DNA of 64,000 nucleotides from Callorhinchus milii (lineage: Eukaryota), in contig NW_024704743.1 in NCBI RefSeq assembly GCF_018977255.1, positions 64,296,001 through 64,360,000 of the forward strand, in the 5' to 3' direction. Shown piece by piece: positions 52,047 through 64,000 of the stretch (position 1 is its first letter; each line of letters begins with the position of its first letter). The notes beneath the pieces are model-generated. The model was not told the DNA's origin. It worked only from the letters and a program-made list of their open reading frames with translations, and searched no databases. A program made the translations under genes and the position numbers.

Positions 52047-53044
52047 GTACGTAAACAATTTTATTTTGGAAAGCTTAATGCTAAGATCGTCCAAGACCTA
52101 ATTCATCATTGTGCACTTGAAGACCTTGAAAAATAAAATAACAATCACACAGGACAGCACCATGGTGGAAGACAGTTGTGTAAACTAGATAAATCAAGTA
52201 AAACAAGCTTGATAGGCTGAATGGCCTCTGTTCTTATTTCCCTATCTTACTGTGATAGATATAGGGAAAAGGAAAAGGGCAGATAACTGGGACTGAAAAT
52301 ATTGCTCTTGAGGGAGCTGGCTCAGACACGATAGGTCAAGTGGCTTCTTCTGATATAAGATTAGATTTTAAAAGCTTGTTGCTTGTAGGAGGATGAGAAA
52401 GTCACAGACTGTCAGTCACCAGCTTATCTTTAAACATGACCGGTGTGCTTCCTATTCTCCTTGCTGTTAAGAAGAAACCTTAATGTCCTCCCGACGTGAA
52501 AGGCGCTCAATAAATGGAATCTTGTTGTTGTTGTTAATGTATTTATTATCAGAATTTTAGTTTTCAAGGTCTCCAAGTTTTCATGGTCTTCGTTGTTCTC
52601 CTGCCGTTTGGTACATTTTGCAAAATTTATCCCTGTGTACATAGAAATAGCTCCAATCTATTTTAAAGTTTAAATAACCTGATATTAAACACATGACTAT
52701 AAATTGTATTTTAATATTTCAGCCCAAATTGCACATAGAACAGAATTAAGGACAGATGTCCTATTTCTTGTACTTGAACCTATACTCCCTGTATACTTGT
52801 ACTTTAGTTAGATTAGGCAAAGATGGCAGAATTAAATAAATAGGACATCTGTCCATGTGACAGCTGACCACATGATATATGAAAGATAAATAAAAGAAGA
52901 AGGTTACCAAAGGGGACAAGAGGTTACTGAAAATGGGATATATCTAAGCAATGTAACTACATCATTATTTTAAAATATAATCATTTGTCTTATGATTGTT
53001 TGAGGGACATTGCTGCATAGAAATTGGGTGTTGCATTCATGTAC

Positions 53045-53712
53045 AAACAACTACAACAACAAACTTACATTTATATAGCGTCTTTCACGTCGGGAGGACG
53101 TCCCAAGGTGCTGGACAGACAGAGTTACAGACCCGAGGTGGGGGTCAGGGTGGGGGAGGGGGGAGGGCAGGGGGAAAGCAGGGAGATCGAAAGCACAGTC
53201 CAAGGGTGTTGAGGTGGGTGTTGAAGGGAGGGGGCAAGACGGAGAGACTGCGGGATGGAGTTCCAGAGGGTGGGCGCAGAGTGGCGGAAGGCCTGTCCGC
53301 CAATAGGGGGTGAACAAAGACCAGGCCATAGCCCGCTGAGCAGAGGGAGTGAACAGAGTGGTGTGGGGTTAGGAGGTCGGAGAAGTAGGTGAGAGCAAGA
53401 CATTGGAGGACTTTGAAGGTGAGGACCAGAATCTTGAACTGTATCCTCTGTGTGATGGAAAGCCAGTGGAATTGGGGAAGGATGGAGATGATAGGGTCAC
53501 GGAGCTAAGTGCAGGAGAGGAAACGGGCTGTAGAGTTCTGGATGATCTGCAGCCTGTGGAGGGAGGAGTTGGGGAGGCCGACAAGCAGTGATTTTGCATA
53601 GTCGAGCCTTGATGTAATGAAGGCATGTATGAGGGAGTGGGGTCCCTCCATGGTTGCACAATCCACCTTGACCCCATGTCTGCAGATGATGTTACCAAGA
53701 GGGAGCATATAG
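53045..53712 (-). mobile_element. Internally deleted L2 LINE inserted in an old SINE 3' half (52996-53805)
   Basis: MLPLGNIICRHGV joined directly to HAFITSRLDY; SINE tail sequence on both sides. Confidence 0.82.
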
Positions 53713-54177
53713 ATGCAATCTCTATACAGTATATCCTGTGAAATCCTCTTGAGATGTTTTGAAGATGTGATAAGATATTCTATCGAATGCAAAAAATATT
53801 ATTATATTAATAATTTTCCTATAGTCTTGAAATTGCTGTGCATATGACTTCGCATGATTGTCATGCACATGATTTCCTGTAAAAGTTACACTTTTATGTT
53901 TTTATATTTCTAAAACAAAGCCTACAATCAAAGCAATATGTAGGGTTTATCCTGGGAAAAAAATGCAGTGAAATAAGAGGGTATCTGGCATGCCAATGAC
54001 TGTAGTGGCTGATCAGTATGACATAGAAAGAAAATTGTTACCAGCAGAAGCCAGTGTATAGAATTCTGGGCATAAAGCTGTGTTGTTTATAGAGTGAACT
54101 GCCAGTGTATCAAGCCATTGAATCGGAAGTTACCAACTAACATCTAACTCAACTTTTTTGTGTTTTTTTATGTCTAG

Positions 54178-54358
54178 TCCCTTGAAAGGACGAGAGCTCA
54201 GATTTCTACCGAGAGCACTTTCCAAACTTTCTCTCAAGTTATTTGCAGCAAGAAATCATCGCGCTTGTTCAGTGATAACATGATGTTCTCAGAATTACCT
54301 CAAATAAAGGAACTCTCTGAGGAAGATTTTGACAAATACAAGATTCCTAGAAATGCCA
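54178..54358 (+). CDS. ABCA13: ABCA13 exon (181 nt, phase 0->1): SLERTRAQ...VICSKK...DKYKIPRNA
   Basis: Long T tract plus tag acceptor, gtaaga donor, ABCA-type motif. Confidence 0.92.
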
Positions 54359-54871
54359 GTAAGAAAATCTTCTTGTCTGAACTGAGTGGACAGTATATGC
54401 TGATAACTTGAAGTTTAGCTGTTGCACCAACTTCCATTTTCTCCCATCCATTTAAATACCTTGGATCCCATTATGACATTTCCTTAATGGCATTAGCCTG
54501 CAGTTCAGCTTGCTATTTTTGCAACAAAAATATGTTTGGCTGTGCATAGATACAGTTCTTAGGGAATTAATTCAGTCAATTGAATACATTAGAAAACCAA
54601 TATAAGCACCACTCTCAATATGCATGTATATATTTTGCCACTAGAGAAACACCACTAGAGCCCATCAATCTTGTCCTAATTTCAAATAATATTTATTTCT
54701 ATCTTACGCACAACACCAATATCAACAATATATAAAATTCCTTTTTGAAAATCCACCTTTCTGGGCAAACTTGCACATGTTAATCGCCCTCTATGTAAAG
54801 TAGCTAAATCTAATGGAATAAAGTTGAAAGAATACGGTGTTGCTAGTAGCTGTGCCTCTTCATTTTTCCAG

Positions 54872-55011
54872 CTCCATACTGCTCGCAATTTTATCAGGAC
54901 ATTTTGAAATCACCAAATGGGGCTTTGGTCTGGACTTTCATGAAGCCTCTGCTTCTTGGGGAAATACCTTACGCTCCGAACACTCCAGAGGTCCAGAACA
55001 TCATAGAGAAG
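54872..55011 (+). CDS. ABCA13: ABCA13 exon (140 nt, phase 1->0): PYCSQFYQDILKSPNGALVWTFMKPLLLGEIPYAPNTPEVQNIIEK
   Basis: Hallmark ABCA ECD1 motif W..KPLL.G.I.YAP.TP; tttccag acceptor, gtgagc donor. Confidence 0.95.
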
Positions 55012-55873
55012 GTGAGCGAGTTCAATACCCAATACAGAAAGTGAAATGTTTCACACAATAGCAGTTTGTGTAACAATCAGTCTGCACAGGTTGAAAGAAG
55101 TCAAGGCTTAGAATATGTGTTGAGGTAATGTTGGAGTTTAATTAACTAAAACTGTGTAGCTTGCTATCTAAAGCACTGTCTGGCAAGCTTCTTGCTGCTT
55201 ATCCAATTATGCCTATCCTATCTGTCAGGTCTCTGGCTTGCAAGGTTAACAGGAGCTGAGTGAGTAGAATCACTGTCCCGAGTGACTGGTTTGCCCCTCT
55301 GCGTCCTGCTAATGGGCCAGGCTGGCTGGTCTGTCATCAGCAGTGCCCTGGAGCACTGTGGACCTGCCTAGCAAGACCACCACAGAGAAGTGATTTATTT
55401 GCAATATTTTGTTGCCAAGCATGTCGCTTTGGAGCCAGTTCTGCTAGATGAGAAAACAACTTACCTCTGAAGATGAATAGTCACTCATTGGTCAGGTACA
55501 GAGGTGTGCAGATATTTGCTCATTCTTCCTGCATGGGACAATGTGCCAAATGTAGACTAGCATTTGAAAATGGAGGAGCAGTATTGTATCAGAGCAAGCG
55601 ATGAATCCGTCATGTTCAGATATTAGGTATTGTGAACGTGTGCTCCGAGGAGAACATTAGTCTTTGCATGGCTATGACCACACATACATCCGGGACACCA
55701 ATCCTACATGCTCTTGTGAGTGACTGCATACTGTGTACATATTATTCATTTATTTATGGATTCATTTATTTAGCCTGCCTTTATATTGATAAAGTTCTGA
55801 TATATTCTTCATAAAATGTTCCATTGAAATAGAAACCTAATTTTTTTCGTCACATTCAATCTCATTTGTGTGT

Positions 55874-56300
55874 GTCAGCCTGGTTCAGTCGATAGCACTC
55901 TCATCTCTGAGTCAGCAGGTTGTGGGTTCAAGCTCCATGTTGGGACTTGGAATCACATAGTCTGACACTCTATTGCAGCGCTGGGGGTGTGCTTGATTGT
56001 TGGAGATGCCTTCTTTCAGATGAGATGTTATACCGAGTACCTGTCTGCCTATCCAGGTGGACATTACAGATCCCATGGCAATACTTATAAAGAGAAGGGA
56101 GTTTCTTGGCTGACATTCAAATAAAATTGATCATTCAATCCATGGCTTTTTGTGGGACATTGCTGTTTGCAAAATTGGCTGCCACATTGGCCTCCAAAAT
56201 ACACACAATCACAGCCACTTTACAGTATATTCTTTGAATTGCTTTGAGACATGTCAAGGTCATGAAAAGACACTTTATCATATACACAAATTAGTATTAT
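55874..56300 (+). mobile_element. Near full-length Deu-domain SINE (SacSINE1/AmnSINE1-like); other copies at ~5530-5880, 9270-9450, 51545-51822, 63630-63970 (+) and ~1405-1695, 42155-42570 (-)
   Basis: Head gtcagcctggttcagtcgatagcactctc...gggttcaag and core ttcagatgagatgtta...aggtggac...gatcccatggca...gaagggagtttc, recalled as the DeuSINE core. Confidence 0.78.
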
Positions 56301-57676
56301 TATTTGCACATATAAAGTTATTGATATTTTAATATATTAATTTGAGATAATTATTTAGGAAGGACAAATTTGCAGGGCTATGGGGAGAGAGCAGGGAAGT
56401 GGGATTGAGTGAGGGTAGCTCTTTTCAAAGAGCAGACACAGACACGTTGGGCCGACTGGCTTCCTTCTGTGCTGTATAATTCTATGATTTTAGGATTCTA
56501 TGATTCTAAACCCATTTATTAGTTCTTTTCCCCATATTATCTCAATGTTTTGCAATAACCACATATTGGAAGTAAATTGGGTGCACAACCCATGGGAATA
56601 ACCTTTTATTATGTAATTAACCAACACGGTGTGAGAACCAAAGAATTGTGTTGATGAAGTACACACAGAGACATACACACAAAGACATGCATGTCGACAT
56701 ATCGATCAGGCCTTGAGGTGGGGTCATCTCTCAGGAGTATTATTTCAAAATGTGAATGATCATTTTTGGTTTTCAAACCAGTGATGTCCTATGGGAAAAA
56801 TCACTAACCCTGGTCATTGATTACCACTCATTTGCACACCCGTCAATGAATTAACTTAGCTCTGATTCATTTGCTAATTAAAGTCTAAATGTTGGGCTGT
56901 GAAATGAGGCAATTTTCTAGCAGGATTCCTTAATGAGGAATCTGTTAGAAACGGCAATATTTTCCGTCTGCTTAAGTATTATCATAGTTAAAGTTATTAT
57001 TATGAATTCTGTTTAAAACTGTGTATTTAAGCACTCTGGGACGCTATCCTGCCTGAGGGGTGCTATATAAATACGTTTTTTTCACATTTTGCAAGCCACG
57101 TTTGTTGCCAGGGCTATCCCAAAGGTTTTTTGTTTGTCAGCTGGGTGTCTGACACATACTGAAACCCGTCACCATGCTTAAGAGTATCCAAACCAAACTG
57201 AGAGTTCCATACATCCTGTGTATTGGAATGAAATGTGCACTCTCTCCCTGGAGGGATGCATCCTCCATTCCACTAACTTAGCTTTGGCTATTGTCCCCAG
57301 TCCGCTCCTTCTCAGTGTTGGTGGACAAGCTTTCAGGCACTTTGCCCCATACTCTGAAACTCTCCTCCAAAAACCCTCCACCTTCTCTCCCACGCCCCCC
57401 ACCCCCCTCCTCCCTCCCTCTTTGCTTTCAAAATTAATCTTAAAAACCTACCTCCTCAACTGTGCTTCCCCACACTCCCTCTCCCCCATATCCCACACAG
57501 CGTAGGCTCCCATGCCATTTTGTAAAGCACTTTGAAATGTTTTCCTATGTCAAAGGCATGATATAAGTGCAGCCTTTTGTGATAAAAACATTTTGAATTG
57601 TATCTTGGGTACTAAGACTGATTTTTAAGCTGATGATTTGTGCTGGTAAAATTGCTCTTTTTTTTCTGTGTTTCAG

Positions 57677-57790
57677 GCCAATAAAACAATCAGCATGGCT
57701 GGAGACCTGAAGATTTACTCAGAAGTCTGGTTGCAGCTCTCAGATATTTTCAAACATCAGGGAAAATCACTTATGTTCAGTCAGATTCAG
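57677..57790 (+). CDS. ABCA13: ABCA13 exon (114 nt, phase 0->0): ANKTISMAGDLKIYSEVWLQLSDIFKHQGKSLMFSQIQ
   Basis: tttcag acceptor, gtatgt donor, conserved AN.T sequon. Confidence 0.93.
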
Positions 57791-59144
57791 GTATGTAGAA
57801 CGTTCATTCCCATCCTCTAATGTAACCTCTTTGTAAAATGAAAATCATTGTGTTTCTTTCATAAGGAGATTTTCCCTATTGTTGAGCTGTTTGGATCAGA
57901 AGGTCAACCCTACACTGATACTCAGGGGAACTTTAAGATGGAACCACAATTTGTGGGAACCTCATCGTGTGTTAAGTTTACTTCAGCCTCTGATTTATTC
58001 ATAGTCCAATTTCAACTACTTGCATTTATATAGTGCTCTTCACACGGGATAGCATCCTGAAGCGTTTCACAGTGGCGGTATCTGATAAGAGCCAAAGGGA
58101 GAGATAGGGGGGAGGTGACTATAAGCATGATCAAAAAGGAAGGTCTTTAGGCAGGATTTGCAGGTGGGGAGGGAGGCAGCAAGGCAGAGGGATTGAGGGA
58201 GAGAGTTTTCCAGAGTTTCATTTAAAAAAAAAGCTTTGCTATCAATTTTTTTGTGGACATCCAGCTGTGTTCATCAAGATAAGGGAGAGAAACGCACATA
58301 TTTTCTGCAGACACAGAAGGAGGCTTTTTGGCCCATCATCTCTATGAATGGTAGAAATGGAAAGCTTTCTGATATCAGGATCAAGCATTGCAAGCTGATG
58401 TAGAGCTAGATACACAGTACAGCGCCTGCTTTTCTGTCCCAACAATGTGCCTTTATTACAAATTGGAAAGAGCACCCCACCTATACAAGAGTGACATTTA
58501 CCATTTTCCACACCAGTCCTGCTGCCTTTACAAGTAATGTTGACAATTTAGTACCAATTAATGCTGAATTAGGGGGAGTCAACTAATGACAGTCAACTAA
58601 TATCACTGTATTGAGATTAATGTTCTTCATCTCATCAGATCATTCCAGCCAACAGACTTACTGCGTAACATGACCTTGCTCCTTCTGTGCTATAGGCTCA
58701 ACATTGCAACTAGTTTCCATCATCTTAAAATGTATGATTAGCAGAATTGTCTTAATTTGGAAACTCTTTTGCAGTTCTTGAACATAATTGGCTTCCAAAT
58801 TGAGAATTAATTTAAGAACTTTCCACAATTCTGTGAAGTTGCTTATCAATAACGCGTAAGCAAAATGAAATCAGAAATACTTTGATCTGGTGTCGCTGCA
58901 GTTATATGTAGCAGACTCTCCTTTGCATGGTTTTACAGCAGTGAGTTAGTATTTTTAATATAGTGGTCTGCATCCGTTACACCTTGGTAAGAGAAGAGCC
59001 AATTAAAATATTTTATGAGTTAAGAAATATTTCACACAGTTTGAGTGTCCTGGCAATTTCACGCAAGATTAATTTCTGCCATTGTAAATCGGATCATATT
59101 CAATGTACAGTGGGCTTTGCTCCCAACCTTCCAGCACTGCACCA

Positions 59145-59411
59145 GAGACCTAAAATTTCTCATGGTCTGAGCCTTAAGACCATTGACTTAAAATATAAGA
59201 TAATGCAAAATTTTGAAAAAATCTTAAATTCTGTTTTTACTTTGGAAGTCCATGTTTTGCAGTTTTTTTTAAAAGAACTGCATGAACCCAGCTTCAAAAT
59301 TACTATTGAAATTAAGATTATTTCCATAATTCTACTTGATTCAAAATTCTCAATTTTAAGACCTTGGTCTTAAGGCTACAGCCAAGGGAGAGATGGTGGA
59401 CATCCAGTCTC
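59145..59411. repeat. Imperfect ~260-bp palindrome, MITE-like
   Basis: agccttaagacca (59170-59182) pairs with tggtcttaaggct (59365-59377); centre tgcagttttttttaaaagaactgca. Confidence 0.75.
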
Positions 59412-60242
59412 AATGAAGTTCCCACTTAAAAATGTTTTACTGCACAAGCAGTGGGAGTGTGTGTAGAAAAATGCAAGGACCAAATCATGAGCCTAAAAGC
59501 TGAGTGGTTCTTGTGTGTTCTTCTAAAGAGAGAATTGATTACCAAGTACCAGGGTGTTGGTACAATAAGCCTTGAAGTCTTTGCTCAGTATGACCTGTAC
59601 ATAGAAATGCACAGTCAGAAGTGACCATTGCGATCCATTTGGCTAGTCCCAAAGTAAAAAGTCTGCAGTGCTGTCTCTCCCACTTTCCGACCACATTGAC
59701 CCAGCTGTTCCCTTTGCTATAAAGAGAGCACCAGCCTGCATAATGTCTCCTACCCTATTCTCAGTGGGCTGCTTTCATCAGTGGGTGTCTTTCAGCTATT
59801 CTGTCCCACTTTCTGGAACTCCATCCTGGAGTCTCTCCGACTTGCTCCCCGCTCCCCTTATTGAAGGCACAACTCAAAACCTGACACTTTTACTGTGCTT
59901 TCAGGCATTTTCCCATTTCCGGCACCCCACCACTCCTCGCCCTCAGCCAGCTCCTGGCTCGCAGCTCCAGATATCCTACTGATGTGAAAAGTGCTATATA
60001 AATGTAAATTGTATTGTATTAAAACATCTTAGAATATTTCATTATTACCAATTGTAGCAGGTTAGTACTGGATGCAATCTTGCTAATCTGAGCCTTGCAA
60101 TAGATGCTTGCCGAACGAGATTTAAATTAATTACATTCAAATTTCACCTCGTGCACAAAAGTATTGAAAATACATTTACTGTGAATGTAACACAATTTTA
60201 TAGTGGATGACATGAAGATAAATAAACTGTTTTATATTGCAG

Positions 60243-60333
60243 GATGCTTTGCAGAGCAGTTTTGTCAACAGTTTCATTCAAACCCAATTGGACATTGATC
60301 TACAACAACTTTTGCAAGATGTGGAGTTTTATG
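60243..60333 (+). CDS. ABCA13: ABCA13 exon (91 nt, phase 0->1): DALQSSFVNSFIQTQLDIDLQQLLQDVEFY
   Basis: ttgcag acceptor, gtatgt donor; resembles human EALRNKFVRNFVENQLHID (recalled). Confidence 0.92.
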
Positions 60334-60474
60334 GTATGTTCTGTTCGTGCATAAAATTATGTTAAATGTTGTGTTGTTCCAAGAATCTTGGCCTGAATCT
60401 GCTGATAATAATGCAGGATATTTTGTGACATTTGCAAAAGCATGTTTAGAAAGTCACTCTTCCCATCTTTTTAA

Positions 60475-60753
60475 GGCCTTCAGCCTCTCAGCCCCTAGGC
60501 TCTGGAACTCTATCCCCCAGTGCCTTCGCCTTGCTTCCTCCCTCTCCTCCTTCAAGGCCGGTCTCAAGACCTTTCTCTTTGACCGTGCCTTCAGCTCCCC
60601 TCTCGACTCTCTACCCCCTCCTCGCTCCCTCCCTTCCCTCCCCTCACCCTGACCATTTCCCCCTTGCTCGGATCCTGACCCAACTGTACAGCGCCTTGGG
60701 ACGTCCTCCCGACGTGAAAGGCGCTCTACAAATTGAATCTTGTTGTTGTTGTT
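60475..60753 (+). mobile_element. Young L2 subfamily 3' fragment, nearly identical to 40078-40355
   Basis: Direct comparison of the two copies; (TTG)n tail; TTAA at both junctions. Confidence 0.9.
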
Positions 60754-62143
60754 AATGAATATTGGAAATTGCTCCCTATATGCAAAGATTTCATGCTGTT
60801 GTTTTATTAATGCATCATCACTAAGGCCAATCAATGGGATTTAGAGCTCAAGAAAGCTCCAGACAATGAAATGTTGTTCAAGGTCTCTAATTTACAACAC
60901 GTAATTTGCCTAAAAAATACACAGTATCTACACTTTACGTTAAATCCTGTCAAGTCTTTTGATACATTTTCCTGACGTGAAAGACATTATATGAAATGCA
61001 AAGATTAATATCATTAGGTCCTGCCTTGAAGAAATGTTCATTATTCATCAGTTGAAAGATGTTACCTACAGCACTGCTTCTTTCCACAGCCTTTAGCTAG
61101 AAGCCTCCTAGGTATTCTGGCAGTTGTCAGCAGTTGTGTTCCTAAGACACACTGCAGGTTTCACTGCAGAAGAGTCAAAAGACACATGTTATCATTTAAG
61201 AAGTCTATATTGTGGTAAAGGTAAATTTATAATTGATGCAAGCCATTGGCAGGAGAAGGGGTAGTTTCAATAGCTGCTGTCATGAATTAAGGACTATATG
61301 TTTGTATCCTTTCATTCTTGGCTCAATTCTATATAGCAAAACAATGTGCCAGTTTCAGAAATAGTTCACCACAAATATACTCAGTCCAAATTTTGTTATA
61401 TACACTAAGCTGATTTTATCTGGGTTAAACTAAATGGCAGGTATAAAGCAATGAAATTGTTATATGTTCTGTCTACTTATTTAAGAACACTGTTAAACTG
61501 GATTTCTAAACAAAGAGGAGATCCGTTACAAAAGAGGATTTCAATTTGAAATTCAAGATAGCTTCTAAAATTAAAGTTATGGCTTAGATAACACTGTGTT
61601 TACAGGCTCCTTTATTGCATAAATAGATCAATCAGCATACATGTATCCAATTCCCATCACCTGACTCCTGCCCCACATCATCCCTGGTGCTCTATTGATA
61701 TAAATTAAGTCAGGACCTCTTCCTAGATATCCCAGTTGGTACCTGATCTAACAGATGAACTAAATAAATCATTGTGGTATTACAGACAGACATAAAATCA
61801 GGAACAGTAAAGTATATACCTTTATTTGCTTGTGGATCAGGGTGGGGATATCTGCGGTAAGCTAACAAATATTGAATTTTGAATGGGTGAAATTAGTCAG
61901 GATTGTTTCCACTTGATGCACTAAAAATACAAATGTACACATTTTCTAATAAGCAATAATTAGTGAAATAATTGCTATTTTTAGCCATCATGGCAAACAA
62001 TCATCCCATAATCTATAGGCAAGGAAGAAAGGGAATGCTGCCTTGTGCACCACCCACTGCAAGTGAGGCTTTCTGCGTATCTTTTAAATGTTTGAATTGA
62101 TATGTTTAATGTTAAAAACAATTCTCATCCTTTTTGTCTCCAG

Positions 62144-62320
62144 AAATGACCCTGGACAATATGCTAAATGACCCAGTTACCAAGCAGATCACCCTGCTCT
62201 CACAGCTGATGGTTAATGTCTCATCCTGCATTCTAATGGACCGCTTCCGGCCTCTGGAATCTAAAGAGGCATTAGAACACCAAGCACAAGGGCTAATGAG
62301 TGATAACACCTTCCTGGCTA
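62144..62320 (+). CDS. ABCA13: ABCA13 exon (177 nt, phase 1->1): MTLDNML...SSCILMDRFRPLESKEALEHQAQGLMSDNTFLA
   Basis: tctccag acceptor, gtaagt donor, ABCA C..DRF motif. Confidence 0.94.
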
Positions 62321-64000
62321 GTAAGTAAAATGATGAGACTAGGGACTGGGAGGGAATATTTCTGCACTGTGTCTGACATTGTATTTTTTATTTCCATGGG
62401 GATGCTTTTAAAAGAAAGGTAAGTGGCTGACATAGGGCATTCATCCTCTTTTATTAATATTTAACACAATGATTTTAAATTACTATCCATCTCACAGATG
62501 ATAGGTGAAGACATTGTTGATGTGTTGCAAAATACAGTGGAAAGTTTGTTTTATGCTGTATCTTTCGGATTATTATTAATTAAGAAGTTATCTCGAATTT
62601 CAAGAACATTGAAGAAAATAGAAGGTGACTACTGCTGACAAAGGCTAAATACCAACTGAATGAGGCTACACTTGAATCTTTGAAAATATCCTTTGAGCTC
62701 ATTGTGCCTTGATATTTCCTTGTCCTTTTCAGATAACTGTGAAGACCATCCTGTGGATGGTCGTTTTGTTTGCCTCTTTGTCTTGGTCTCAATTTATAAA
62801 TGAGTTCTTGATGTTCTTTGTCAGGAAATGGTTGAGCCCAATGCTCCGAAATGCTATCTTTATTTTCCTCTGGTGGTCAAGTTGACGAAGTGGCCCTTTG
62901 ACTATTTTTCCAAAACATGTTTTCTGAATTCTCTGACAATCTTTTAAGTTTAGATTTCTTTTGCCCTCCAATTATCTGTCCACCTCTGTCCACTGAAAAT
63001 GTTGACTCATGCTGAGATAGAGTTCCATAGGCACCAGTTGCCATTCTACATGATTGAGCCTAGGTATTGAGTACAAGCAGAATTGACCTTTTTGATGGGC
63101 TTTCAGATACACCAAAGCAGCAGAACAGATTTGGCACAGATTTGGAGTTCCAAAGGGCACTTTGAGGTCAGACACTGGCAAATATTGCTTTGCCCAGATG
63201 GTATATGATGATTTTATTAGGTTACTGGGAAAGATGGTTGAGTCCTGGAACCTGAACTCATTTAAGAAACAGTTTGATGCTGTAATTGGAGGTTGGTATG
63301 TTAGATATTCTGGAAGGATGGGATCAGATGGGCTGAAGAGTTTTGTTCAATAACTTCTCTTGTGATATGTACTTAAGTTCTATAATGACTGCTGGGATAT
63401 GTGCTTGAGCTTCTTTCAGATCATTGCTTTAGGATGCAACAGAGTGTAGAACAAGAGGACATGTGTGTAGCATTGTAAAAGGCAATTTCAGGACAGATAC
63501 CAGGAAGTGTTTTTTTGCTCAGAGGGTAATGAACAACTATGGGAAGGTGGTTGAGGCAACAAGGTGGTTGGACTCTTTAAAATACAGTTTGAGGCTGTGA
63601 TGGGAGGACAGTAGGTGAGCATAGACTAGGCTGGCTAGTGTAACACTGGGAGAGTGCTACATTGCTGGAGGTGCCATCCTTCAGATACAACATTAAACTG
63701 AAGATTGTCTGCCTGTTCAGGTGATGTTAAGATTCCATGGTATTACTCAAAAAGAGAAGGAAGTTTCTCCCAATGTCCTGGCCAACAATTCCCAGATAAA
63801 ATTGATCAGCCACTTCATAGCTGTTTGTGGAACATTGCTGTGTGCAAATTGTCTGCCATGTTCTGCTACAAAATACACAGTCACTACATGTTACAGTAAA
63901 GTCCTCTGAAGCTTTTTGAGATGTTCTGACAATGTGATAAGATGCAAAATCAAATGCAAATGCAAGGATGGCCTTTTAATCAAGATGTGAAGCTCTGTCA

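Larger units (their letters stand above)
4101..62320 (+). other. ABCA13: Internal part of an ABCA13 gene (22 exons traced; giant extracellular domain 1); gene extends beyond both window ends
   Basis: 22 GT-AG exons join in one frame (9437 nt) with matching phases at every junction. The 3' exons encode ABCA ECD1 motifs (PYCSQFYQDILKSPNGALVWTFMKPLLLGEIPYAPNTPEVQNIIEKANKT; CILMDRFRPLES...NTFLAS) resembling human ABCA13 as recalled (TPFCLKLYQEILQLPNGALVWTFLKPILHGKILYTPNTPE; LDRFQAL...NSFLAS). A multi-kb ECD1 exon is characteristic of ABCA13. Confidence 0.92.

Overview
Eukaryotic (vertebrate) genomic DNA. The repeat content (L2 and CR1 LINE fragments, Deu-domain SINEs, an abundant tRNA-derived SINE) suggests a cartilaginous fish, plausibly a chimaera such as the elephant shark (inference). 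The whole window lies inside one plus-strand gene, an ABCA13 orthologue (ABC transporter, subfamily A). I traced 22 GT-AG exons by hand from 4101 to 62320. They splice into one open frame of 9437 nt (about 3145 codons) with consistent phases, encoding most of the very large first extracellular domain. The start codon, transmembrane domains and ATPase domains lie outside the window. The dominant feature is a single 6468-nt coding exon (33432-39899). It is phase-symmetric, appears to hold three cryptic ~570-690 aa Cys-anchored repeats, and is close in size to the two giant mammalian ABCA13 exons combined (~4.8 + ~1.7 kb, recalled from the literature). A young L2 fragment carrying AATAAA sits just past its donor site. 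The introns contain nested retroposons, shared SINE/LINE 3' stem-loops, several foldback (MITE-like) palindromes, two local duplications and a strong CTCF-like motif. I found no prokaryotic-type system, CRISPR array or real RNA gene. Homology statements come from memory, not from searches. Repeat boundaries are approximate.
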